Shown here: piece by piece, positions 27,107 through 37,619 of the stretch
Layout: each line of letters begins with the position of its first letter
Position numbering within the stretch: position 1 is the stretch's first letter
Assembly (NCBI RefSeq): GCF_000143415.4
Contig: NW_003314380.1
Span: forward strand, 355,061-419,060
DNA: 64,000 bases
Direction of reading: 5' to 3'
From: Selaginella moellendorffii
Taxonomy: Eukaryota; Plantae; Lycopodiophyta
Made by a program: the position numbers and the translations under genes
Notes under the pieces: generated by a model
Seen by the model: the letters and a program-made list of their open reading frames with translations, nothing else
Databases searched by the model: none
What the model was told of the DNA's origin: nothing

Positions 27107-28475
27107 TGGGTGCACTTGCCAAGCAAGCCGTGAATCCCGAAATCTACACCAAGCACCAGTGAGTATGGAGTGTATCTAAAACCAGCTTCCTTGTTCTTAC
27201 CCTGTTCTGTGCTGGGAAGCGAGTTGTGAATCCAGAAAAGAGTCTTGGAGGTTTTCAGAAGCTGAAGTTGACAAGCACAGGTCCATGCCAAGGGCACCAC
27301 CGTGGTTGGCTGTTGGAGGAGTGAGTGGATGCCGAGTCTCTCCGTTGCCATATTTTTTAGGTGATTAAAATGGTGTGGAAACCACTATGATCAAGTTTAT
27401 AACTTTTATGGACCTCCTTTTTTGGCAGTCAAGGCTGTGTTCTGGCGAGAATCCTCAATAGCCGCGATCACATATTGCTCGAAGGTGTCCGGCGTGTTGT
27501 GATGAGGAATTGCATCGTCTCTTTCCATGCTACAATCTCAACTGGCAGGAGACCGACGTCCATGCAGAGCCGTATGACAACCGTATATTATAAAAGTTTG
27601 CAAGTTTGAAAGTTTGCATTCTACTTATTTTGTCCACTCCACTAGGAGCTGTTCATGAGTCAAGTCAGTCCGGCATCAACCAGCAAACTCCCAGAAGCAA
27701 TGCGGTGCCAATTCTAGAACTATTCGACATGAAATACAATCTGATGCAGTGGTTATGGGGACCATTATCAATTGAAATAAATAAATAGTTTCCTGCGCTT
27801 TGCTTAAATTGAATATTAATTATCCTTATACCATGAGAAATAAATTAATATCAGCAAATTTTAAGGATTTGAGAAATATTCATGAAAATATATCAAAAGT
27901 TTCTCTCTTGATTTCTAGGAAAATAATCTCCTAAAATCCAACCACTCACCATTACCATTTCATCCAGGGGCCATAGCTTGATTAAAATAAATTTTTTTAG
28001 TTTTTGAGGTTTAATCATCCTTTAATTACCTAAGCTCAAATTTTGTTAAGGATATTTAATGTCCAATTAATCAATATGTATAGTTCATAATAACTTCACA
28101 CCAACATTGGCATTAGACACAAATCAGATAGTGTAATGAACCTCAAAGTGGAGGTCAGTGATCATCTATATACCAAGGAACCAAATGCTGAAGGATCATT
28201 AAACAGTTCTGTCACTTAAAAATTATCTTCACAACAATTTCTTAATTTCTTGTTAAGTTGCTAAGCAAAGTCTACCACCTCTATAAAATTGGAGTTTTGT
28301 GCAAAGTCATGGCTGAATAAATACTGAAAAAAAAATTAATAAGAGAAAAGCAGAATGGAAGCATGAGCCCTCTGTGCCTCTCTGAGGGCACCAAATCTAT
28401 AACATGAATCAATCTATGGCTGCTCAGAATTTACTTGATGGTTAAGAAAGTTAATAAAAATAGAGTACAGTTAAA

Positions 28476-28965
28476 GAAAGTTTATATAAATTATAAACAT
28501 GTTTATAATTTACAAATTAATGTAAATGAATATCAACCGTTAGATGGTAAAATATATTAAAATATCCAATCACATTTTAATTCTTAAAAATTTAAACCAG
28601 CTCTTATGTTACCAAATTTCCACTTAAAAAGTACATATTTATTAGTATTGCCACATCTCTTGCCACCACTAGCTTCTATCATCTGGATTCTTTTCCCATT
28701 TTTAAAATCTCATGAATGCTACAACCACTATTAACAACACAATATTATTATATAGCATTTTTATTTAAAGGAGATTATTATTATTGTTATTAGTTAAACT
28801 TTTTTTTTGGTTTGCTTAAGCAAACCTGTAAGGGGACTAGGATGGTAGTGAATATACCTAAAATATGCTTGAATTCTAGAATATTCTACCATCTAATGGT
28901 TTTTATTCATTTAGATTAATATTGTATTTATAATTTATAAACATGTTTATAATTTATAAAATTTA
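28476..28965. mobile_element. MITE-like AT-rich element with about 80 bp imperfect inverted repeats
   Basis: ataaattataaacatgtttataa...accgttagatggtaaaatat (28485-28556) is inverted at 28881-28958. The same family core (accattagatggta) occurs in the 12-13 kb duplication. Confidence 0.5.
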
Positions 28966-29145
28966 TTAAATCCTTTCTAGTATATTTTTTATTTTATAAT
29001 TTAATGAAATAAGATTAATATTGTGTTTAAACATGCTTATAATTATAAATTTTATTTGATCAATTAGATTGATAAGTAAAAATAACACTACTATTAAGCA
29101 AACCAAACATTGCTACATGCAATGCATAACAATTTATTATATATA

Positions 29146-29875
29146 TCATCTGTTTCTTTCCTGGAACTCCACCAAAGCTTTCACATAATCTTCTTCATTG
29201 AAGTCTGGCTGAAGCTTCTTAGTAAATACCAATTCTGTGTAACTCAAGTTGTTCACTAGATAGTTGCTCAATCTTTGCTCCCTGCTGGTGCAAATCAGTA
29301 GATCAGGGTCACTGACCTCCCCATCCAACTCGGTGAGCAGCATTTTCTTCCATAAGTAACACTGATTAATATCATTTGCCTTGACAACTCCTTGCTCAAC
29401 TTCAGAGGCTCGTCGGCAAGCCTGGAGAACATCTTCCCAGCCACCATAGGTGATAGCCAAAATAAACTTCAGATCCTTGCTATCTTGAGTCATCTCGTGT
29501 GCCTCAGAGATCTTTGCTTGTAGAGCTTGGACTTGTCTCCAATGCAGCGAACTTTGATCCCATCCCTGGAAAGTTTTTAGAATTTGTTATATACAAACAT
29601 ACTGCTTTTCGAGATTGTCATCCTTGAGAACAGTGTTTGGGTGATCAAGTTGTTCATGCAGTTTAAGAAAATTGCAGCAATGGATTCACACAGTTTGCAG
29701 AATGTATCCAAATCTCTTCCATTGCAGCTGGATCCAAAGCGTTTGCCTCAGCATGTTGCTGTGATACCTGATGGAAATGTCTGCTGGACCAAAGCCAATG
29801 GCCTCTCTGCTTATAAGGGTCTTTCGGTTCTAAGAGACATTGCTTGGATTTCCAACCAGTGGGGGATCGAAGTCA
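29146..29875 (-). pseudogene. cis-prenyltransferase pseudogene, duplicate of 32058-32907, with exon 1 internally inverted
   Basis: 29146-29650 is near-identical to CPT exon 2 and intron. About 29652-29873 is the reverse complement of 32690-32911. The splice donor and AFSTDNFKRP region are deleted and the C-terminal RYG is lost. Confidence 0.88.
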
Positions 29876-30629
29876 AAAGTTTTGAGAAGGAGCTCAAGCA
29901 GCCATCTTTTATATCGCATAGTTAAACATCAACTTGGACAACTTGTAAGTCGCCACGGTTCATAAATTATTTATCTCGTGCCCCTCATGGGAAGGAAAAC
30001 TAATGTTAAATATACTAAGATTCAGTCATACATATGTGTGACACATGCCAACCGAAGAAAATCGGAGACACAACATAGTTTTTAATATATAATCTAAAGA
30101 ACAATAATAATATTAAAGGTAAGAAATTTGACTTATGGCTGATTGCACGAGATTTTGTCTCCTTTAAGTAAGCATTAGCAAGGTTCACATGTAAGCAATG
30201 AGAGTTCAAAAGGTATTTCACAATTCCAATAATTGTTATAGAACATATCTTTAGAGTTTTTTGTCGCACAGAACAAAGCCAAATAAAGTTTTGCACAATT
30301 TTAACATATTTATAACTTAATGCAAAAATGTGGGCACTTCATTAACTAATAATGGCATGGAACTTAAGTTTAAACCCAAGCCAAATGCAAAACAAGAAAT
30401 AATATACCTAACAAAAGCTATCTACAGATTAAACTCCTGTAGCATGATCAAAAGATTCCTTAAGCTTAGTCCTAAGCCCTGTACTCTCCACATCCTACTG
30501 ACCTGCTCGCTAGATGGTCATAGCTCATCGCCATGGACTCCATAAACAGCTCGCTTTCCAGCATTGGCATCGCCAAAACTGCAATTTCCCATGGGGCTTA
30601 GCAGCCAATCCATCCACCTCATCAGCCTC

Positions 30630-30728
30630 CACGAACTTGACAACTTCCTGCTTGATCAAGCACAGCTGGATCACCTAGAAAGAATTGGAAGGCAGAGATT
30701 TTTCTCGAGGCTGATTGAGTTTTGCAAG
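30630..30728 (+). pseudogene. Possible relic of a plant terpene synthase beta-domain exon
   Basis: LDNF...LDHLERIGRQRFFSRLI resembles the TPS motif DLF...VDxLERLGIxRxFxxEI; short match only. Confidence 0.3.
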
Positions 30729-31054
30729 GTGAGGGGAGCAGGAGTAGCCGCAGCCGCAGGTGTTTTAGCTCCAGCTCGGGAGATCTGAGCGAGGAGGAAT
30801 CACCTAGCAAGAGGAAGAAATGGTGGGATGTCCCGTGCAGAGATAGTGCTGGTCAAAGGCTTGGATCATGCAGCATTTCGCTCAAATTGCCAAGAGAATA
30901 AATGCAATGATAAATGTTACAATAGGGCATTTGTAAATAGATCATTTTCAAAAGTTAAATTATAAGGGTAAAAATGAAAATAATGTAGTTTAATTAACTA
31001 TAATAAAATTCTTTTTATAAATCGTTACCGCTAGAAGCAGTGGAAGTTTCAAGC

Positions 31055-32041
31055 ATGAACAAGCAGATCAGTGGCCTCGTCTTCTCTCCGAGAGTTCAAT
31101 ACCGCCGCATCGCCACCAGCGCCTCCTCCACCAAGCCCAACAAGTTCGACTACGATCTCTATGTCAAATCCAAGTTCAAGGCCGTGTCCATCTCCATCCA
31201 GCACGCTCTCCCGCCGCCGTTCAAGCGGCCCGAGACGCTCCAGTTGCACGAGGCAATGCGCTACGCACTGAGCCAAGGGCGGCTGATGTGTGCCATCGTT
31301 TGCATCGCGGCGTGCGAGCTGGTGGGCGGCAGCCAGGACGACGCCATGCCAGGAGCCTGTGCGGTGGAGATGATCAAGACCAGCACTTGCGTCCAGGACG
31401 ATCTCCCGTCCATCGACAACGCAGAGCTCCGCGACGGCAAGCCGACTGTCCACTGCGCGTTTGGCATCCCTACGGCACTCTTCGCGGGTACCGCGCTGCT
31501 TGTGCTCGGGTTCGAGCACCTGGCAGCGCACTACCGGGGGGACACGGCGGCGAGGATGGTGGGGGAGGTGAGCCGGGCTGTCGGGTCAACGGGCCTGCTG
31601 GCCGGTCAAGCCGTCGACATGGGTATCCAGAACGCGGGCCGCGCAGTGGAGCTGGAGACTCTCGAGTTTGTCCACCTCCACAAGACGTCGGCGTTGCTCG
31701 AGGCGTCGCTGGTGATCGGGGCCATTGCCGGTGGCGCCAGCGATCAGGACATTGAGGCACTGAGAGCATATGGAAGGGTGACTGGGCTTCTCTACCAGAT
31801 CGTGGACGATATCGCGGATGCTACCAAGACGACCGAGGAGCTGGGGAAGGTCGCGGGCCAGGACGCGATGACGGGCAAGAGCACGTATTCCACCATCTTG
31901 GGCGTGGACAAGTCGAGGGAGATAGTTGGGCAGCTCTTGGTGGAGGCCAAGGAACGGCTGGGTGTGTTCGAGGAGACCAAGGCACTGCCTCTGATCCACC
32001 TCATGGATCACTTTGTTAATTGGGCTTATGATCGTAGATAA
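31055..32041 (+). CDS. Intronless GGPP-synthase-like trans-prenyltransferase with degenerate IPP-binding motifs (candidate IDS-derived terpene synthase)
   Basis: HEAMRY, CIAACELVGG, DDLPSID (FARM), GLLAGQAVD, HKTSALLEAS, YQIVDDIAD (SARM), ELGK and GKSTY. Short basic/Ser-rich N-terminus. TATA-like ttataaat near 31015. Confidence 0.9.
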   Translation: MNKQISGLVFSPRVQYRRIATSASSTKPNKFDYDLYVKSKFKAVSISIQHALPPPFKRPETLQLHEAMRYALSQGRLMCAIVCIAACELVGGSQDDAMPGACAVEMIKTSTCVQDDLPSIDNAELRDGKPTVHCAFGIPTALFAGTALLVLGFEHLAAHYRGDTAARMVGEVSRAVGSTGLLAGQAVDMGIQNAGRAVELETLEFVHLHKTSALLEASLVIGAIAGGASDQDIEALRAYGRVTGLLYQIVDDIADATKTTEELGKVAGQDAMTGKSTYSTILGVDKSREIVGQLLVEAKERLGVFEETKALPLIHLMDHFVNWAYDRR

Positions 32042-32057
32042 GCGTTAAAGCGCAGAC

Positions 32058-32907
32058 TTAATTATCATGTCGTCCATATCGCCTGTTTCTTTCCTGGAAC
32101 TCCACCACAGCTTTCACGTAATCTTCTTCATTGAAGTCTGGCCAAAGCTTCTCAGTAAATACCAATTCCGTGTAACTCAAGTTGTTCATTAGATAGTTGC
32201 TCAATCTTTGCTCCCCGCTGGTGCGAATCAGTAGATCGGGGTCACCGACCTCCTCATCCCACTCGGTGAGCAGCATTTTCTTCCTTAAGTAGCACTGATC
32301 AATATCATTTGCCTTGACAACTCCTTGCTCAACTTCAGAGGCTATTCGTTGGCAAGCCTGGAGAACATCTTCCCAGCCGCCATAGGCAATAGCCAATATA
32401 AACTTCAGATCCTTGCTATCTCGAGTCATCTCGTGTGCCTCAGAGATCTTTGCTTGTAGAGACCTTGGAAGCTTGGACATGTCTCCAATGCAGCGAACTT
32501 TGAGCCCATCCCTGGAAAGTTTTTAGAATTTGTTCATACTGCTTTTCGAGATTGTCATCCTGGCATACTTACTTGAGAACTGTGTTTGGGTGATCAAGCG
32601 TGAACATGTTGTCCAGGTGCTCAAGCACGAACTCAACCTCTGCCTTTGGTCTCTTGAAGTTATCGGTGGAGAATGCAAATGCCGTTAATACTTCGATCCC
32701 CCACTGGTTGGAAATCCGAGCAATGTCTCGTAGAACCGAAAGACCCTTATAAGCGGAGAGGCCATTGGCTTTGGTCCAGCGGACATTTCCATCAGGTATC
32801 ACAGCAACATGCCGAGGCAAACGCTTTGGATCCAGCTGCAATGGAAGAGATCTAGATACATTCTGCAAACTATGTGAATCCATTGCTGCAATTTGCTTAA
32901 ACTGCAT
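32058..32907 (-). CDS. cis-prenyltransferase (UPPS/CPT family), 2 exons (32907 or 32883 to 32573; 32511-32058)
   Basis: PRHVAVIPDGN, AFAFSTDNFKRP, AIAYGG, DPDLLIRTSGEQRLSNY, LWPDF and RNRRYG. A 61-bp GT-AG intron joins LK-DGLKVRCIGD in frame. TATAAAAG near 32934-32927. Confidence 0.9.
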
Positions 32908-33442
32908 GAACTCCCAAGATTGATTTCTTTTATATGGCATAGTTAAACCTCAACTTGGACAACTTGTAAGTCGCCATGGTTCATAAATTATTTAACTCGT
33001 GCCCCTCATGGGAAGGAAAATTATTGTTAAATATACTAAGATTCAGTCATACATATGTATGACACATGCCAACCGAAGAAAATCGGAGACACAACATAGT
33101 TTTTATATAAAATAAAGAACAATAATAATATTAAAGGTAAGAAATTTGACTTATGGCTGATTGCATAAGATTTTGTCTAAAGTATATTACAAATTTTCTG
33201 AACAAAGTTCCAGCAAAACCGAATGCACTGGCAAGCGCCTCTCGCCCTCTACAAGAGCTGTCCATCTGTGCCACAAATCTTCCCAATCGAGTGCGTTGAG
33301 GAGATCGTTTGCTCCATCCCCGGCCTGAACTCCCCAGATATGCAAGAAATCCACAAACGCAAGAACATTGCAAAGAACCTAAACCGGGTTTCAACTATTT
33401 CTCTTGGTCGTAGCGAAGTATGATTTTCTCATCAATCGTCCA

Positions 33443-35918
33443 CTACATTGGATTGGAGGTTAGCTTGATGGGAAGGCCCTTGAGTGGTACTGCCAGTGGA
33501 GCCATTTGCACGATCTCGTCTGGGTCACACGAGCTCCACTTGAACCGGGTGACAATGTGGTACAAAAACACGCATTCTTGGACCTTGGCAAGCTCGTAAC
33601 CAGGGCACATGCGCGTCCCACCACCGAATGAGATGTACGAGTAAGGACCGGGCCCGTGCCAAGGAACCTGTCTGGCTTGAAGCTCTCAGCCTCGGGGAAG
33701 AACTTTTCCTTCTTGTTGCTCTGGTTCAAACAGTTGTTTTGACATGGTTTCAGCAGGGATCAGGAGTAAGAAGAAGAAGAAGCTATTGAGATATACACTC
33801 TCTATAACATGATTCTAAGTGGTAATAATGCCACTTAATTCATCCAAGTATAAGTTAAAGGTGTGTCTTTTGATCATGTATATATAAATATGATATTATA
33901 TATAATTATCCTTCAGGTCATCTTTGTCCATCGTAACTTCCACATATCTCTTTCATGGTATAGGAGCCTTGAGGGCTCAAGATCCTGGGGCGATGGCGCT
34001 GGCCGAGGAAGAGGCCAGCAAGGATGACGATGAGCCACCGAACGTGGCTGAGAGGTGCCAAGATTTGGCACTGCACTGCACTGAGCACCAAGATAACGGC
34101 ACTAGCGAGCTGAGCAAGGCGCTAAGGTGTGATTGAGCAGAGACTGGCGCTGGCAGAGGCGCTGAGAGAGGGCTGGCTTGAGGTACCAAGCGGTACTGGA
34201 GCGCTGAGTGAGGCGCTGGTGTGAGAGAGCGGCCTAAGGCACTGGCACCGAGCAGAGACTGCGCTAGGGTGCTGAGCAAGGCACGATGGCACTGTGCACT
34301 GGCAGAGGCACTGAGAGAGGGCTGGGCAAGCAGAGACTGCGATCAGAGGCGCTGAGCAAGGCGCTAGGGCGTGCGAGGCAGAGGCGCCGACAGAGGTGCC
34401 GGGCACTGGCCAGAGGTGAGTGTTGGGTGTAAAGGCACGACGCAGAATGCAAAAGAATGGAGTGTTGGACTGCTGCAAGCAGGCAGAGGTGATGCTAGCT
34501 GCTGGGCTGTGAGATGGCTCCATAGCAGAGGGAGAGAGCCGTTAGGGCACTGGCCGAGGAGGCTTGATTGAGGCTGAGACGATGGGAGCTTCAGCCAAGG
34601 ACAGTGAGAGATCAGAGTTACAATGGACAAAGATAACTCAAAAGATAATTATATATAATATTATAGTTATATATACATAATCAAAAGATACACCTTTAGG
34701 TTATACCTAGATCAATAAAATGGCATTATAGATCATGTTATAAAGAGTGTATATCTCAACAAAGCTAAAGATCTTGAAGAGAGAAAAAAAAAAACGAATC
34801 TGCCATCCCTGTGGAACTGTGTGGCCACCCATTTCGAAGTCCATGATGGCCTGGCGAAAAACTCCAATGGTGGGTGGCATGAAGCGCATGCCTTCTTGGA
34901 CCACTCTCCATGTATACTTCATGCATTGGACATTAGCAATCAAAAGTGGCTCTCCAGCCTTCTTGGAAGCAGCAATATCCAAGTGCTCCACAAAGAGGGA
35001 GAGAGAGAGTGTGTTAGTCGACAAGGAGCTTTAAAGAGTCAACCTTTCTGGAGCTGTACCCTACTATTGGCGAAGCTGAAGGAAGGGAGCCGGAGGAGCC
35101 CGGCTTAGCAGGATGGATTCTCCGTGATGTATTGAGCTGTCATGGGTTCCAATAACCAGCATCAAGATGTTTTGCTTGATCGCCTCGTCGGTCATGCGTC
35201 GCCCATCTTGACCAGCAGCACCGACAGGAGATCTTGCTGCTCAGACGGGAGGATGCCTTCCCGCTCTGCAAATCCAGTCGCCGCTGCTCCATCATCCGGT
35301 CCAGCTTCGTCATGATCTCCTGGCGGCCAGCCATGCCCTTGGAGAACGCGGTTGCGGGGAAATCGAGCGGGAGCTCGATGAGAGCGTGCAAGACGACGCG
35401 GAAGGGATCCAGGAGCTCCTGCTGCTCCTTCTCGTCGGTCAGGCTCAGGAAGAGATCATAGATGACGGCATAGAGCGCCTCCTTGACGGAGTGGTACGCT
35501 TTGATCTCGCCACCCGCGATCCAGCTCTCCTCGACGTGCTTCTGGATCATGGCGATTCGTCCCACGTACCGCTGGAGCGCCTCGGGACCCAGGAGCGCAA
35601 TGAGGATGTGACGGAACGGCCTGAAGAAGAGAGATCGCTCCCCGACGAGCTTCTTGACGGAGCTGGGCCAGGAGCCATGCACGATCTTGCTCTGATTGGT
35701 GAAAATGAGCTTCAATCCATCAGTGGAAGTCACCATTACCGTGGGCAAGCCAAACAAATGTGTTTTGAAAACCGGGCCATACTTCCCACGGCTTGGAATG
35801 GAGCAAATGTAGCATCTCTCCGACAAAGGGTGGCGTATTTCTTCTAGGTCAACCTCCATACCAAGATGGCCAAGAACACACCAGACAATGACACCAAAAT
35901 TAGCACTGGATCTAACAT
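33443..35918 (-). pseudogene. CYP85-clan cytochrome P450 (CYP716-like) pseudogene, 3 exons
   Basis: TM anchor MLDPVLILVSLSGVFLAILVW followed by a stop. KYGPVFKTHLFGLPT, I-helix LVIGTHDSS, K-helix EGMR, FKPDRF and heme motif FGGGTRMCPG lie in different frames. Several frameshifts, in-frame stops and deletions. Confidence 0.88.
33784..34761. mobile_element. Non-autonomous TIR DNA transposon (Ginger/GingerRoot-like) inserted in P450 intron 2
   Basis: About 150-bp imperfect TIRs (tattgagatatacactc...ttgtccatcgtaact and agttacaatggacaa...gagtgtatatctcaaca). 4-bp TSD AAGC at 33780-33783 and 34762-34765. GC-rich repetitive interior. Confidence 0.75.
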
Positions 35919-37619
35919 GTCCAGCAAATCTCTATATATCTATCTTGAGGCATGAGACTGAGGGATGAGAAAATGTAAGACTGAAAATCGAAGTGGCATC
36001 TTAGACATCTCTTTTACTGCTGCTGTCAGCCTCTTAATCTTCAATGCTTTGTGCGCACTGTTGTTTCCATCTCGTTTAAGCATCTTTTGTCCTTGTTTTG
36101 TTTTGTTTTGTTTAATTCAATATATAATTGGTAAGGCATATTAATTTAATTGGCTTTGTAATTTATAATACACATATTTCATAGGAGTTGTAACAGTCTC
36201 AAACTCCTGTAGGTAAGTCTATTCTCTCAGTTTTATTCAACAATTACTACTAGCCATACAAAAATGAAGAAGTGTTGGATTAAAGTTTATGATCTTTAAA
36301 TCTAGCAATTTGTTCATGTATAGAGCTCTAAGCTTGCACCTCCATGAAGGGCTTTTTGGTGACAAGCAATCTCTACACTCTTTTAGTATAGCTTCACAAG
36401 CACTACTGTTAACAAAATTATAAATAGATTTCTTCCTTATATTTTTATTAAAAAACTATTTTAAAATGTATTAAAAATTGTTATCAATTTTTGAGCAAAA
36501 AAAGAATAGAAATAAATAAAGGTCCAAAAATTTCAACAGAAATAAGAGGTAAATGCCAATTAAAGTCTAGATTTCTTGAAACAATGGCCTATCCAAAAAA
36601 TGCCTAGCCAAAAAGTTTAACAACACAAAGCTCTACAATTAAATTTTGAAAAAGAATAATTTGAAAAATTATCTAAACTCCTTAAAAATTCTGATACGAT
36701 AGGCTCGATAAAAATAATCCAAATTTGCTATGAAAGCCTTAAAAAAAAAAGTCTAATAATTCTGATGCGGTAATTCTGAATTGGCAAAAATAAGAAACTT
36801 CTCAATCAAGGTGAAATTATTGAGCTTCTCATAGTAGTGTAGCTTAGTTGGTTTGCAGATCTATGATCAATATTATATTATGCTAGAATACAGTTTTACA
36901 ATAATAATATTAAATTTTAGATGGTAACTAAGATTGTTTTCCCCTGATTCAGGCTGCTTGTTGACAAACAGTGAGATAATTACTATCAATTATTAATTGT
37001 TTAAGCTCCACTGAAGGTTTATGTCAGGAATATTAATTCGTAGTACAAACACAACGAAATGCATAACTTAAAAACCAAATGATGGCATAAAGATGTGATT
37101 AATGCTTAAATAATAAGATTTTAAACAGAACCAAATTAAGCCTCATAGTTAGTAAAACAAATCCTATCCATTAAAAATTAAAAAAAAGTAAAAAACACAA
37201 TTCACTGATTTGTGATATGGTGTATAGCTTGATATGTCCTGGCTAACATTCCAATGTTCCCTGATCTGGTGTATAGCTTTATATGTCCTGGCTAACATTC
37301 CGGCACTACCTGGACGTGTCCCAACAATCGCCTCCTGTTCGACTCGTCAGTGATCTGAGGTCTCGTCGGTCCCAGGTGGATCTTTGGCCAGGATCTTAGG
37401 TACCGCAAGGCATGGTAGAAGCGCTACAACTATGCCTTGTCCTCGCCGGCTCCGCATTCGTGGGCTTGGTACCCGCATAAGGTGATCACTGTCCTCTGGC
37501 CAAGTGCCCAACCAGCCTGGCATAGTTGTCGATGGCTGCCCAGCATACAAGGAAGTGTGCCATACTTATACGTTTAAGAATCAAAGAAAGAGCTCTAAGT
37601 TGATATGAACACGCCAGAC

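Noticed and set aside
31055-32041. Horizontal transfer of the intronless GC-rich prenyltransferase
   Set aside because: Plant GGPPS genes are commonly intronless, the sequence has plant-type CIAACELVGG and DDLPxxD, and other exons in the window are similarly GC-rich
34060-34420. Spaced short GC-rich repeats superficially like a CRISPR array
   Set aside because: Eukaryotic context, degenerate irregular units with no unique spacers, and located inside a TIR element
37217-37560. Two-copy about 35-bp repeat plus a GC-rich patch faintly resembling a LINE endonuclease fragment
   Set aside because: Resemblance is too weak and interrupted by stops
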